Assembly (NCBI GenBank): GCA_003242705.2
Contig: QGVF02000010.1
Coordinates: 19,541-83,540, forward strand
DNA from: Acidobacteriota bacterium
GTDB taxonomy: Bacteria; Acidobacteriota; Vicinamibacteria; Vicinamibacterales; SCN-69-37
Reading direction: 5' to 3'
DNA length: 64,000 nucleotides
This document shows positions 20,037 to 29,611 of the stretch, piece by piece. Position 1 is the stretch's first letter. Each line of letters opens with the position of its first letter. The translations under genes were made by a program, and so were the position numbers. A model generated the notes under the pieces. It made no database searches and was not told the DNA's origin. It worked only from the letters and a program-made list of their open reading frames with translations.

Positions 20037-21026
20037 GTGACGACGACACCCGCCACTGCCACCGATCGCTTCCGCGCCGGGATCGTCGGGCCGGAGGGCC
20101 GCGCGCCGGTCGTGAGCGTCGGCAACCTTGCCATGGGCGGGCGCGGCAAGACGCCGACCGTCGCTGTGGTCGCCCGACTGCTCCTCGAAGCCGGCGAACG
20201 TCCCGCCATCCTGAGCCGTGGCTACAGGCGGCGCCTGGCCGAGGACGGCGTCGTCGTCGTGAGCGACGGACGGCAGCTTCAGGCCGATCTCGATCGCGCC
20301 GGCGACGAGCCGCTGATGCTCGCCCGTCAGGTACCCGGCGCGGCCGTGCTGGTGTGCGACATCCGCGCGATGGCGGCCGCCGTCGCCGAAACCCGTCTCG
20401 GCGCCACGGTCCACGTGCTCGACGACGGCTTTCAGCACCGATCGCTGGCCCGTGATGTCGACATCGTGCTCGTCGCTCCCGAGGATCTGCGCGACCGCCG
20501 CCTGCCGTTCGGCCGCCTCCGTTCACCGGTCTCGGATCTGCGCCGCGCCCACGCCGTGGTCGTCACCGGCGCCCCCGACGAGGCAGCAGCGGCGGCGGGC
20601 GCCATCGAGACGATCGTCGACCGGGCGAAGACAGAGCTCTTCACGCTTCGTCACAGCCTGGGGACGGCGCGATGGCTGGAACCGCCGGGGACGACCGGAG
20701 GCCCCGGGCCGGGTTCGGAGGTCGTTGCGCTGGCCGGCATCGCCGGGCCCGACCGGTTCGTCCGGAGCCTCGAGGCCGACGGCTGGAAGGTGGCCGGGCT
20801 GCTGGCGTTCCGCGATCATCACCGGTACACGCGCGCCGATCTGATGCGCATTGCCGAGGCCGCGGCCGGCCGGCCCGTTCTCACCACGGAAAAGGACGCC
20901 GTGCGGCTGCTGCCGCTCAGGCCGCTGCCGGCGGCGGTGGCCGTCGTGCCGCTCGTCGCCACGATCGAGCCGGAGGCGGCGTTCCGCGCGTGGCTGCTGG
21001 GGCAGGTGGCCGGGGTGCGTGCGTGA
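20037..21026 (+). CDS. lpxK: tetraacyldisaccharide 4'-kinase
   Basis: VVSVGNLAMGGRGKTP P-loop, ILSRGY and DDGFQH motifs. An in-frame GTG at 20037 lies 1 nt after the waaA stop. Confidence 0.88.
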   Translation: MTTTPATATDRFRAGIVGPEGRAPVVSVGNLAMGGRGKTPTVAVVARLLLEAGERPAILSRGYRRRLAEDGVVVVSDGRQLQADLDRAGDEPLMLARQVPGAAVLVCDIRAMAAAVAETRLGATVHVLDDGFQHRSLARDVDIVLVAPEDLRDRRLPFGRLRSPVSDLRRAHAVVVTGAPDEAAAAAGAIETIVDRAKTELFTLRHSLGTARWLEPPGTTGGPGPGSEVVALAGIAGPDRFVRSLEADGWKVAGLLAFRDHHRYTRADLMRIAEAAAGRPVLTTEKDAVRLLPLRPLPAAVAVVPLVATIEPEAAFRAWLLGQVAGVRA

Positions 21027-21973
21027 TGCTGCAGCGGCTGCGCCACCGCATCGAGTACGCCCTCGTCATGGGGCTCCGTACCGTCGTCGGCAGCCTGCCG
21101 GTGTCGGCCGCAGAGGCGATCGGTACGGCCATCGGCCTGCTGTTCTATGCCATCGACGGCCACCATCGCCGGCTCGCAGTCGCACAGCTGCGGGCGGCTT
21201 TTCCGGGGCGGAGCGAGCGCGACTGCCGCGCCATCGCGCGCCGGACGTTCGTGCACTTCGGCCGGGCGCTCGTCACCGTGCTGCGGATCAGTACGCTGGC
21301 GCCCGACGCCCTGCTCGCGTCGATGGAGGTCGAAGGCGCCGACCACGTCCGCCGTGCGCTCGCCGCCGGCCGCGGCGCGATGATCTACTCGGGACACTTC
21401 GGGTACTGGGAGCTTCACGGGCTGACGCACGCGCTCGTGCTCGGTCCCATGTCGGTGCTCGCGCGTCCGCTCGACAATCCGTATCTGCACGAGCTGCTCG
21501 AGCGGATGCGGACGGCGACCGGCAATCGCGTCATCTACCGGCAGGGCGCGATGCGCCGCGTGCTCCGGGCGCTGCACGGGAACGAGTGCGTGGCGTTCCT
21601 CATCGACCAGCACATTCACGGGGCCGACGCGGTCACGGTCCGTTTCTTCGGCCGCCCGGCGGCTACGACGTCGGCGCTCGCCGCGCTCGCCCTCCGCACC
21701 GGCGCGCCAATCATCCCGGCCTTTGCGATTCCGCTCGACGACGGGCGGTGCCGGCTCGTCTATGAGCCTCCGATCGAACCGCCGGCGGCATCGGGGGAAG
21801 ACGCGGTGCTTGAACTCACGCAACGCTGCACCGACGTGCTCGAGCAGTGGGTGCGGCGCTATCCGCACCTGTGGCTCTGGATGCACCGTCGCTGGCGCGA
21901 GCTGAAGACCGGCGACGCGCTGTCGAACGAGCGGGCCGGCATGCGGATCGACGAACGGAGGCTTCGCAGCTGA
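21026..21973 (+). CDS. lipid A biosynthesis (Kdo)2-lipid IVA acyltransferase family protein (LpxL/HtrB-like)
   Basis: YSGHFGYWEL gives the HX4E acyltransferase motif, and the C-terminus has PHLWLWMHRRW. The ATG overlaps the lpxK TGA by 1 nt. Confidence 0.8.
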   Translation: MLQRLRHRIEYALVMGLRTVVGSLPVSAAEAIGTAIGLLFYAIDGHHRRLAVAQLRAAFPGRSERDCRAIARRTFVHFGRALVTVLRISTLAPDALLASMEVEGADHVRRALAAGRGAMIYSGHFGYWELHGLTHALVLGPMSVLARPLDNPYLHELLERMRTATGNRVIYRQGAMRRVLRALHGNECVAFLIDQHIHGADAVTVRFFGRPAATTSALAALALRTGAPIIPAFAIPLDDGRCRLVYEPPIEPPAASGEDAVLELTQRCTDVLEQWVRRYPHLWLWMHRRWRELKTGDALSNERAGMRIDERRLRS

Positions 21974-23013
21974 TGGGTGTCACGCGGCTCGTCGTCCGCC
22001 CCCCGAACTGGCTGGGCGATGCCGTCATGGCGCTGCCGGCGCTCGCGGCCGTCCGGCGTCACTTTGCCGATGCGCACCTGACGATGGCCGCCTCGCCGGT
22101 CGTGGCGGCCCTGCTGCGCGAACAGACGCATGCGGCGCCCGACGCCGTGATCGACCTGCCGCGCCGCACACCCGACGCCGTCCGTGTGCTCCGCGAGGGG
22201 AGCTTCAATGCGGGCCTGCTGCTGCCGAACTCCTGGCGCAGTGCCTGGCAGTTCTACCGCGCGCAAATTGCGGAACGGTGGGGATATCGTGCGTCGCTGC
22301 GCGGCATGCTTCTGACGCGCGGCATCGGGCGGCCGCCGGCCCGCGAGGTGCGGCATCAGGCCGACTACTACCGTCACCTCGTGTCGGCGCTGGGGATCCC
22401 CGGCAGCGAGGCCATCGCGCCGTGGATTGCGCCCCGGCCGTCGAGTCGCGCCGAGGGCGACCGACTGCTCGCCGCGGCCGGCGTGCCCGGCGATGCCGAG
22501 CTGGTCGGGCTGGCGCCCGGCGCGGCGTACGGACAGGCGAAGCAGTGGCCCCCGGACCGGATGGCGGCGGTTGCCGCGCGCCTCGTGACCGACCGGGACG
22601 CCTGGTGCGTGCTGGTCGGCGCCGGCCACGATCGCGACGCCGGGCGTGCGATAGAATCCTGGCTTCGCACGCACGCGCCGGCTGCGGCCGCCCGCGTCGT
22701 CAACCTCATCGGCCGCACCAGCGTGGGGGCCCTCGTCGCGGTCTTCGACCGCACGGCGGCCGTCGTGGCCAACGACTCCGGAGGCATGCACCTGGCGGCC
22801 GCCGTCGGACGCCCGGTGGTGGCCATCTTCGGTCCGACCGATGAGCGGGCCACGCGCCCGATCGGAGATCACCACGTGCTGACTGCGTCCGCCTTCTGCC
22901 GTCCCTGTATGCTCCGCGACTGTCCGATCGACCACCGCTGCATGAAGCGCATCGGCATTGACGACGTCCTGGCGGCGGTCAACGCCGCTCTGGCGGGAAA
23001 GGCCGCGCTCTGA
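21973..23013 (+). CDS. waaF: ADP-heptose:LPS heptosyltransferase II (GT9)
   Basis: Collinear with E. coli WaaF: LLPNSWRSAW, GAAYGQAKQWP, VANDSGGMHLAAAVGRPVVAIFGPTD. Confidence 0.82.
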   Translation: MGVTRLVVRPPNWLGDAVMALPALAAVRRHFADAHLTMAASPVVAALLREQTHAAPDAVIDLPRRTPDAVRVLREGSFNAGLLLPNSWRSAWQFYRAQIAERWGYRASLRGMLLTRGIGRPPAREVRHQADYYRHLVSALGIPGSEAIAPWIAPRPSSRAEGDRLLAAAGVPGDAELVGLAPGAAYGQAKQWPPDRMAAVAARLVTDRDAWCVLVGAGHDRDAGRAIESWLRTHAPAAAARVVNLIGRTSVGALVAVFDRTAAVVANDSGGMHLAAAVGRPVVAIFGPTDERATRPIGDHHVLTASAFCRPCMLRDCPIDHRCMKRIGIDDVLAAVNAALAGKAAL

Positions 23014-23014
23014 A

Positions 23015-23605
23015 ATGGCCCGCGCCGCGGTGTTCCTCGATCGCGACGGGACGATGATCGAAGACGTCGGCTACCTGTCGCGCCCGTCCGACGTCCGCTG
23101 GTTTCCGTGGACGGCCGACGCCATCCGGCTGCTCAATCGTGCCGGCTTCCTGGTGGTCGTCACGACGAACCAGAGCGGCATCGGGCGGGGCTACTACACG
23201 GAAGACGACCTGCGGCGCATTCACGATGAGATGGCCCGCCACCTGGCGGCCTGCGGCGCGGTGGTCGACCAGTGGCTCTACTGCCCGCACCATCCGGCCG
23301 CCGACCTCGAGCAGTACCGCGCTGCGTGCGGCTGCCGGAAGCCGGAGCCCGGCATGATCCGCCAGGCGTGTGAACGGACGCCCATCGACCTCGAGCGGTC
23401 GTTCGTCGTCGGCGACAAGCTGGCCGATGTGGGGGCGGCCGAGCGCGCCGGTGCGCGCGGCATCCTCGTCCGGACCGGATACGGCGACGACGTGGCGCGC
23501 CAGCACGAAGGGCGGGTGCCCGGTGCGGCGTACGTGGCCGACGATCTCATGGCGGCCGTGGCCTGGCTGCTCACGGCGAGTGGTCACCCCGGGGCAGGAC
23601 GATGA
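23015..23605 (+). CDS. gmhB: D-glycero-D-manno-heptose 1,7-bisphosphate 7-phosphatase
   Basis: HAD motif FLDRDGT, TNQSGIGRG and the CxH...CxC zinc-loop (CPHHP...CGCRKP). Confidence 0.88.
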   Translation: MARAAVFLDRDGTMIEDVGYLSRPSDVRWFPWTADAIRLLNRAGFLVVVTTNQSGIGRGYYTEDDLRRIHDEMARHLAACGAVVDQWLYCPHHPAADLEQYRAACGCRKPEPGMIRQACERTPIDLERSFVVGDKLADVGAAERAGARGILVRTGYGDDVARQHEGRVPGAAYVADDLMAAVAWLLTASGHPGAGR

Positions 23606-24615
23606 AGACGACCGTGCGCCGATACCGACAGCTGCTGTCGAGCTTCGCCCGCGTGCGCGTGGCGGTCGTCGGCGACCTGATCGCCGACGAGTTCATCTAC
23701 GGGCAGATCGATCGCGTCTCGCGCGAAGCGCCCGTCCTCATCCTTTCGTACGATTCGGCCGAGCTGCTGCCGGGCGGCGCGGGCAACGCCGCGAGGAACG
23801 CGGCCAGTCTCGGTGCGACCGTCGAGCTCATCGGCGTCGTCGGCCGCGACCCGGCCGGGCAGGGACTCTACAAGGCGCTCGAGCAGACGGCCGACGTGAC
23901 CGGCGTCGTGCAGTCGTCCACCGTGACGACGCCGGTCAAGACGCGCATCCTGGCCGGCGGCGTGCACTCGGCCAAGCAGCAGGTGGTGCGCATCGATCGC
24001 GCCGGCAGTCCGCTGCCGGCCAGCGCCGTGCGCCGCGCCGAGCGTGCGCTGGTGACGGCCGTCGAGCGGGCCGACGTCGTGATCGTGTCGGACTACGGCG
24101 GCGGCCTCGTCACGCCGCTGCTGTGGCAGCGCGCGCTGGCTGCGACGAAGCGGCCGTCGCCGCCGCTCGTGCTCGTCGATTCCCGTTACGCGCTCGGCAG
24201 CTACACGGGCATGACGGCCTGCACGCCGAACGAGGCCGAGGTCGAGGCGCTGCTTGGCATCCGCATCGACGACAACCGAACCCTCCTCGAGTCGGCCGGC
24301 CGCGAGCTGCTCGCCCGGCTCGGCTGCGCGGCCGTGCTCATTACGCGCGGCAGCCGGGGTATGGCCCTGTTCGAGCCCGGCAAGCCGACCGACCACATTC
24401 CCATCGTCGGATCCGATCAGGTGACCGACGTGACCGGCGCGGGCGACACCGTCATTGCCACCTTTGCCGTGGCGCTGGCGGCCGGCGCGTCGTTTGCCGA
24501 AGCGGCCCGGATCGCCAATCATGCCGGCGGCATCGTCGTCATGAAGCGGGGAACGGCCGTCGCGACGCATCGCGAACTGGCGGCGTCGCTGCTCGGGCCG
24601 GGCGAGGTGCGGTGA
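23602..24615 (+). CDS. hldA: D-glycero-beta-D-manno-heptose-7-phosphate kinase (separate RfaE domain I)
   Basis: PfkB ribokinase fold: GGAGNAA and DVTGAGDT motifs. ATGA overlap with gmhB. Confidence 0.85.
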   Translation: MKTTVRRYRQLLSSFARVRVAVVGDLIADEFIYGQIDRVSREAPVLILSYDSAELLPGGAGNAARNAASLGATVELIGVVGRDPAGQGLYKALEQTADVTGVVQSSTVTTPVKTRILAGGVHSAKQQVVRIDRAGSPLPASAVRRAERALVTAVERADVVIVSDYGGGLVTPLLWQRALAATKRPSPPLVLVDSRYALGSYTGMTACTPNEAEVEALLGIRIDDNRTLLESAGRELLARLGCAAVLITRGSRGMALFEPGKPTDHIPIVGSDQVTDVTGAGDTVIATFAVALAAGASFAEAARIANHAGGIVVMKRGTAVATHRELAASLLGPGEVR

Positions 24616-24616
24616 C

Positions 24617-25105
24617 GTGGGACGCATCGTGACCGAAGCGGAGCTCGAGACGCTCGTCGCCGCCGATCGCCGCGAGGGACGGACGATTGCATTCGCCAAC
24701 GGCTGCTTCGACCTGCTGCACGTCGGCCACGTCCGCTACCTCGAGGCCGCGCGCGCTGAAGCGGATCGGCTGATCGTTGCGGTCAACGCCGACGAGTCGG
24801 TGCGGCAGCTGAAGGGGCCCGGGCAGCCCGTGCTCCCGGCCGCCGCCCGCGCCGAGCTCGTCGCCGCGCTGCGCGCCGTCGACTACGTCGTGATCTTCGA
24901 CGAGCCGACGGTGGCGCGGCTGCTGGAGCGATTCAGGCCCGACGTGCATTGCAAAGGCACCGACTACACGGTCGATACCGTGCCTGAGCGCGACGTCGTG
25001 CGCGCCTACGGCGGGCGCGTGGCCGTGGTCGGCGATCCCAAGGATCACTCGACGCGGGATCTGCTGGCCCGGCTGCGAGACGAGCCGCCCGGAAACGGAA
25101 CGTGA
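24617..25105 (+). CDS. hldC: D-glycero-beta-D-manno-heptose-1-phosphate adenylyltransferase (separate RfaE domain II)
   Basis: Cytidylyltransferase motif [15 protein letters not shown] at about 160 aa. Confidence 0.85.
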   Translation: MGRIVTEAELETLVAADRREGRTIAFANGCFDLLHVGHVRYLEAARAEADRLIVAVNADESVRQLKGPGQPVLPAAARAELVAALRAVDYVVIFDEPTVARLLERFRPDVHCKGTDYTVDTVPERDVVRAYGGRVAVVGDPKDHSTRDLLARLRDEPPGNGT

Positions 25106-26166
25106 CGCGCGAACCGCTCGGTCGACTGCTCGTCGTGCGGCTCGGATCGCTCGGCGATCTCATCCACACGCTGCCGGCCGTCGCAGCGATTCGCCTGACG
25201 CATCCGTTCGCGCAGATCGACTGGCTCGTCGATCGCGCACACCGCGAGCTGCTCGACCTGGTGCCCGTCATCTCGTCGACGATTCCGCTGCGCAAACCGA
25301 CCGGTGACGGCTGGATTCAGGCGCTGCGCGAGCTGCGCGCCCGCCGCTACGACGTGGCGATCGACTTTCAGGGCCTGATCAAGTCGGCCGTGCTCGCGCG
25401 GCTGTCGGGCGCAGCGCGCGTGATTGGCTTCAGCCGGCGGGCGGCACGCGAAGGGGCGGCGTCGCTCTTCTACACCGAGCGTGTGGCGGTGCCCGACGCG
25501 GGCCACGTCGTGCACAAGAACCTGGCGCTGGCCGGGCGGCTGGGCGCGCCGGTGCACCGGCTCGAGTTCCCGCTGATGCCGCTGCCATCAGGAGCGCTCG
25601 ACGAGCTGACGGCGAACGGCATCGACCGGTTCGCGCTCGTCAACGGTGGCGCGGCGTGGCCGAACAAGCGCTGGCCTCCGGAGCGCTTCGGCCGGATCGC
25701 GGCGTGGCTGCACGAACGGCACGGCCTGCGATCCGTCGTGCTGTGGGGGCCCGGCGAGGAGTCGCTCGCGCAGGCCATCGTCGACGCGGCGTCGGGCGCC
25801 GCGATCCTGGCGCCGCCGACGTCGTTGACCGACCTGGTGGCGCTGGCGGGACGCGCCACGCTGATGATTTCCGGCGACACCGGACCGACCCACGTGGCGG
25901 CCGCGCTCGGCACGCCCGTCGTCGCGCTGTTCGGGCCGACCGATCCGGAACGGAACGGTCCCTGGGACGCCGGCGACGTGACGGTGTCGCGATACCAGGT
26001 CTGTGACTGCCACTACCAGCGCCGGTGCGTGCACGGCGCCGGTGAACGATGGTGCCTCGGGACCATCACGGAAGAGGACGTGCGCGAGGCGATCGACCAG
26101 CGGCTGCGGCGAAGGGCTGCGGGTGAGGGCCGCGCGGCGTCCGACCGCGACAGCAACAGCGATTGA
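25102..26166 (+). CDS. waaC: ADP-heptose:LPS heptosyltransferase I (GT9)
   Basis: Collinear with E. coli WaaC: [57 protein letters not shown]. Confidence 0.8.
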   Translation: MTREPLGRLLVVRLGSLGDLIHTLPAVAAIRLTHPFAQIDWLVDRAHRELLDLVPVISSTIPLRKPTGDGWIQALRELRARRYDVAIDFQGLIKSAVLARLSGAARVIGFSRRAAREGAASLFYTERVAVPDAGHVVHKNLALAGRLGAPVHRLEFPLMPLPSGALDELTANGIDRFALVNGGAAWPNKRWPPERFGRIAAWLHERHGLRSVVLWGPGEESLAQAIVDAASGAAILAPPTSLTDLVALAGRATLMISGDTGPTHVAAALGTPVVALFGPTDPERNGPWDAGDVTVSRYQVCDCHYQRRCVHGAGERWCLGTITEEDVREAIDQRLRRRAAGEGRAASDRDSNSD

Positions 26167-26675
26167 TGAAACGGACGTTCGTGGACCGGCTTGCCCGGTA
26201 TCGGGTTCACCTGGGATTCGTGGCCGCTGCCGTGGCCCTGATGCTCGTACGGCCGACGCCGCGCACGTGGCTGGCCGGCGCGGTTGTCGCCGCCTGCGGC
26301 GAGCTGCTCCGGATCTGGGCCGCAGGGCACATCGAAAAGGGACGCGAGATTACGCGGTCGGGGCCGTACCGGTTCATGCGGCATCCGCTGTATGTCGGAT
26401 CGGCACTTATTGGCGCCGGCTTCGCGATGGCTGCCTGGAGCCTGCCGGTGGCGGTCCTGTGCGCGGCGTACCTCGGCCTGACGTTGGCCGCGGCCGTGCG
26501 CGTCGAGGAAGCCACGCTCGACGAGCGGTTCGCCGGCGCCTACAGCGCCTATCGCGAAGGACGCGCGGCGCCGGTCGCGCGGCGATTCAGCCTGCGGCGC
26601 GCGATCGCGAACCGCGAGTACCGGGCCGTCGCGGGACTCCTGCTGGCGTTCGCCTGGCTGTACTGGCGCCTGTAA
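26163..26675 (+). CDS. ICMT/PEMT-family membrane methyltransferase
   Basis: Multi-TM, about 170 aa, with the GPYRFMRHPLY block characteristic of isoprenylcysteine carboxyl / phospholipid methyltransferases. The ATG at 26166 overlaps the waaC TGA. Confidence 0.75.
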   Translation: MMKRTFVDRLARYRVHLGFVAAAVALMLVRPTPRTWLAGAVVAACGELLRIWAAGHIEKGREITRSGPYRFMRHPLYVGSALIGAGFAMAAWSLPVAVLCAAYLGLTLAAAVRVEEATLDERFAGAYSAYREGRAAPVARRFSLRRAIANREYRAVAGLLLAFAWLYWRL

Positions 26676-26773
26676 CTCGTACTGAGCCAGGGGTGGGCTT
26701 GCCGGCCTACCGTCTGATTGGGATAGGATCGGGCCTCCGTTCTCAGCCATCCGTGAGAGGAAACCGAAGACCT

Positions 26774-28480
26774 ATGCCCGAGAAGCCTGTCTCAAGCCCT
26801 GCCGTTCCCTCGCTCAATCGCCGCGACTGGCTCCGCAACGCGACCGGAGTCGTCGTCGGAAGCGCCGCGCTCGGAATGGCGCTGCCCGCCTGCTCGAGCG
26901 GCAGCAGCCAGACGTCGAGCGGTTCGCCGGCGCGCACCGGCGGCGTTCGCGTTTCGACGCCCAACGACATCGTCGAGACTACGTCTGGCCGGGTGCGCGG
27001 CTTCGTCCGCAACGGCGTGTACATCTTCCGCGGCATCCCGTACGGCGACACGACCGCGGGCGCCAATCGCTTCCAGCCGGCGAAGAAGCCGCAGCCATGG
27101 ACCGGCGTGCGCTCGTCGACGTCGTGGGGGCCGGTCTGTCCGCAGGCGCCGCGCGGCGGCTGGGTGAACGACGAGGAGCAGTTCCTCTACCAGTGGGACG
27201 ACGGGTTCCCGGGCGAGGACATGCTGCGGATCAACGTCTGGACGCCCGCCGTGAACGACAACGGGAAGCGGCCCGTGCTCGTGTGGATTCACGGTGGCGG
27301 CTTCCAGACCGGATCGAGCCAGGAGCTGCGCGCCTACGACGGCGAGAACCTCGCCGCGCGCCACGACGCCGTGCTGGTGTCGATGAACCACCGGCTCAAC
27401 GTGTTCGGCTTCCTCGACCTGTCGCGCATCGGCGGCGAGGCCTACGCGCAGTCGGTCAACCTCGGCATGACCGACCTGGTCCTCGCGCTCGAGTGGGTGC
27501 GTGACAACATCGAGCGCTTCGGCGGCGATCCGAACAACGTGACGATCTTCGGGCAGTCGGGCGGCGGCCGGAAGGTGAGCACGCTCATGGCGATGCCGTC
27601 GGCGCGCGGCCTCTTCCATCGCGCGGCCGTGCTGAGCGGATCGCACCTGCGCCAGAACACGCCCGACCAGACCGAGCGTCAGGCGAGGGCCGTGCTGTCG
27701 CAGCTCGGCATCAGCCCGTCGAACCTCCGCCGGCTGCACGAGGTGCCGACAGTCGATCTCGTCAACGCCGCGATTGAAGCCCAGCGCTCGCTCCAGCCGT
27801 CGGTCGGCTGGGGACCGGTCGTCGACGGCAGCGTCCTGCCGGCGCACGCCTTCGATCCGACGGCGCCCGCGACGGCTGCCGACGTGCCGCTGCTCGTCGG
27901 GAACACGTTCGTCGAGTTCGGCGGCGGCATGGGGAATCCGACCGCGCACGAACTGACGTTCGACGGCCTGCGCGAGCGGCTCCTGCCGACGCTCGGCGAT
28001 CGCACCGATCGGGTGATCGAAGGCTACCGCCGGATCTTCCCGTCGATGCCGCCGTTCGAGATCGCAGGTCTGGTGGTCGGCACGCGCGCGTACCGGCTGG
28101 CGGCCGTCACGATGGGCGACCTGAAGTCGGCGCAGCCCGCGCCGGTCTACATGTACTGGTTCGGCTGGAACACGCCGGTCCTCGACGGCCGGCCGCTGTC
28201 GTTCCACTGCCAGGACCTGGCGTTCTGGTTCGACAACATCGACCGCTGCGCGCAGGCGACCGGTGGCACCGACGAGGCGCGCCAGCTGGCCGATCAGATG
28301 AGCCGCGCGTTCGTCGCCTTTGCCCGCACCGGCAACCCGAACCACGGCGGCCTTGTCGAGTGGCCGGCCTACAACAGCACGAGCCGGCCGACGATGATCT
28401 TCGACAACAGTGGAGCGGCCGTGCGTGAAGATCCCGACGCGGAGGTGCGCGACCTGCTCGTGGACGAGGTCAGAAGCTGA
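26774..28480 (+). CDS. Tat/lipoprotein-exported carboxylesterase type B
   Basis: RRDWLR twin-arginine plus lipobox LPAC. Oxyanion HGGGF, nucleophile elbow GQSGGG and the FRGIPYG N-terminal block. Confidence 0.88.
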   Translation: MPEKPVSSPAVPSLNRRDWLRNATGVVVGSAALGMALPACSSGSSQTSSGSPARTGGVRVSTPNDIVETTSGRVRGFVRNGVYIFRGIPYGDTTAGANRFQPAKKPQPWTGVRSSTSWGPVCPQAPRGGWVNDEEQFLYQWDDGFPGEDMLRINVWTPAVNDNGKRPVLVWIHGGGFQTGSSQELRAYDGENLAARHDAVLVSMNHRLNVFGFLDLSRIGGEAYAQSVNLGMTDLVLALEWVRDNIERFGGDPNNVTIFGQSGGGRKVSTLMAMPSARGLFHRAAVLSGSHLRQNTPDQTERQARAVLSQLGISPSNLRRLHEVPTVDLVNAAIEAQRSLQPSVGWGPVVDGSVLPAHAFDPTAPATAADVPLLVGNTFVEFGGGMGNPTAHELTFDGLRERLLPTLGDRTDRVIEGYRRIFPSMPPFEIAGLVVGTRAYRLAAVTMGDLKSAQPAPVYMYWFGWNTPVLDGRPLSFHCQDLAFWFDNIDRCAQATGGTDEARQLADQMSRAFVAFARTGNPNHGGLVEWPAYNSTSRPTMIFDNSGAAVREDPDAEVRDLLVDEVRS

Positions 28481-28493
28481 AGCGTCTCGGCTT

Positions 28494-29264
28494 CTACCTT
28501 CGACCTTCGTCCAGCATCACCAGCGCTCCTCCCGGGAGCCGGCGGAAGGCGTCGATGTCGCGGACGGCGGCGTCGAGGTTCCGCAGCGCAAGGCGCGCGT
28601 GCTCGCGGGCCAGCAGTTCGGCCCGCGAGCCGTCGCCGGCACGGATGGCCTGGGCAATCGTCCGGTGATGCTCCTGCGCCACGATGAGGATGCGCAGCGA
28701 TTCGGCCGACGTGGCCTGCGTCTGCACGAAGGCGCTCGGCGAAGCGAACGGCAGGCCCTGCACCTGCTCGATGAGCCGGCCGAGCAGGGGGGTCTTCGCG
28801 ACCCGCACGAGCTGCTCGTGAAACTGCGCATTGAGACGGACGTACTCGTCGAACGTCGTGCTCGATTCCGGCTGCCCGTGCAGGATGCGGTCGAGCTCGT
28901 CGACCGTGGCATCGAGCGCGTCGAGTCCCGTGTCGTCGCGGTGCTCGGCAGCAAAGCGGCAGGCGACACCTTCGAGCGCGCCGCGCAGCTCGATGGCGTG
29001 CTGGACCTCCTGGAGCGTGAACTCGCGCACGACGAAGCCGCCCGACGGACGCCGGGCGAGCAGGCCCTCGTGCTCGAGCCGCTCCATGGCCAGACGCAGC
29101 GGCGTGCGCGACACGCCGACCAGGTCGACGACCTTCAGCTCGGCGACGCGCTGGCCGGCCGGCAGCGTGCCCGTGAGGATCAGTTCACGCAGGCGCAGGA
29201 CCGCACGGAGGATCTGCGGTGAAGGACTGGTGCGACGACGCGGCGATTGCGATCGGTCTGTCAT
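28494..29264 (-). CDS. GntR family transcriptional regulator (FadR/FCD subfamily)
   Basis: Winged-helix block LVGVSRTPLRLAMERLEHEGLL plus an all-helical C-terminal FCD-like domain. Confidence 0.85.
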   Translation of the reverse strand: MTDRSQSPRRRTSPSPQILRAVLRLRELILTGTLPAGQRVAELKVVDLVGVSRTPLRLAMERLEHEGLLARRPSGGFVVREFTLQEVQHAIELRGALEGVACRFAAEHRDDTGLDALDATVDELDRILHGQPESSTTFDEYVRLNAQFHEQLVRVAKTPLLGRLIEQVQGLPFASPSAFVQTQATSAESLRILIVAQEHHRTIAQAIRAGDGSRAELLAREHARLALRNLDAAVRDIDAFRRLPGGALVMLDEGRR

Positions 29265-29611
29265 CGGTCTCTCGGCGACGGGCTGAGCTTACTGGAAAAA
29301 GCCGGTACGTCGCGACCGCCACGCCCGCGGCGCGCGCGCGCCGTCGCCGCGCGCGATCGACGCCCGACCGGACCGGGGCGTCCGCACGCGCGTCGAAAAG
29401 GCTGGGCCGGCCGAGGCAGTCGGCCTAGAATGCATGCAATTCGTCGAGCGCTGTTTCAGGACCGTCGCCCGCGACCACCGGGCGGTGGAATTCTGCATGC
29501 CGGCGATCGGCCGTGTCGCGGCGCGGGCGGGCGACGGGGAGGGGCGACCGGAGCGTCGAGGCGCGCGTCGTGCGGTCGCGACCAGGTGAGTCAACGAGCA
29601 AGGAGAACGTC

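Noticed and set aside
29265-29611. A cobalamin or SAM-I riboswitch upstream of the MetE-like gene
   Set aside because: By eye I could not find the B12 box (GCCACTG-like) or the SAM-I core boxes. I kept the region only as an unclassified structured spacer. An Infernal scan is needed to decide.
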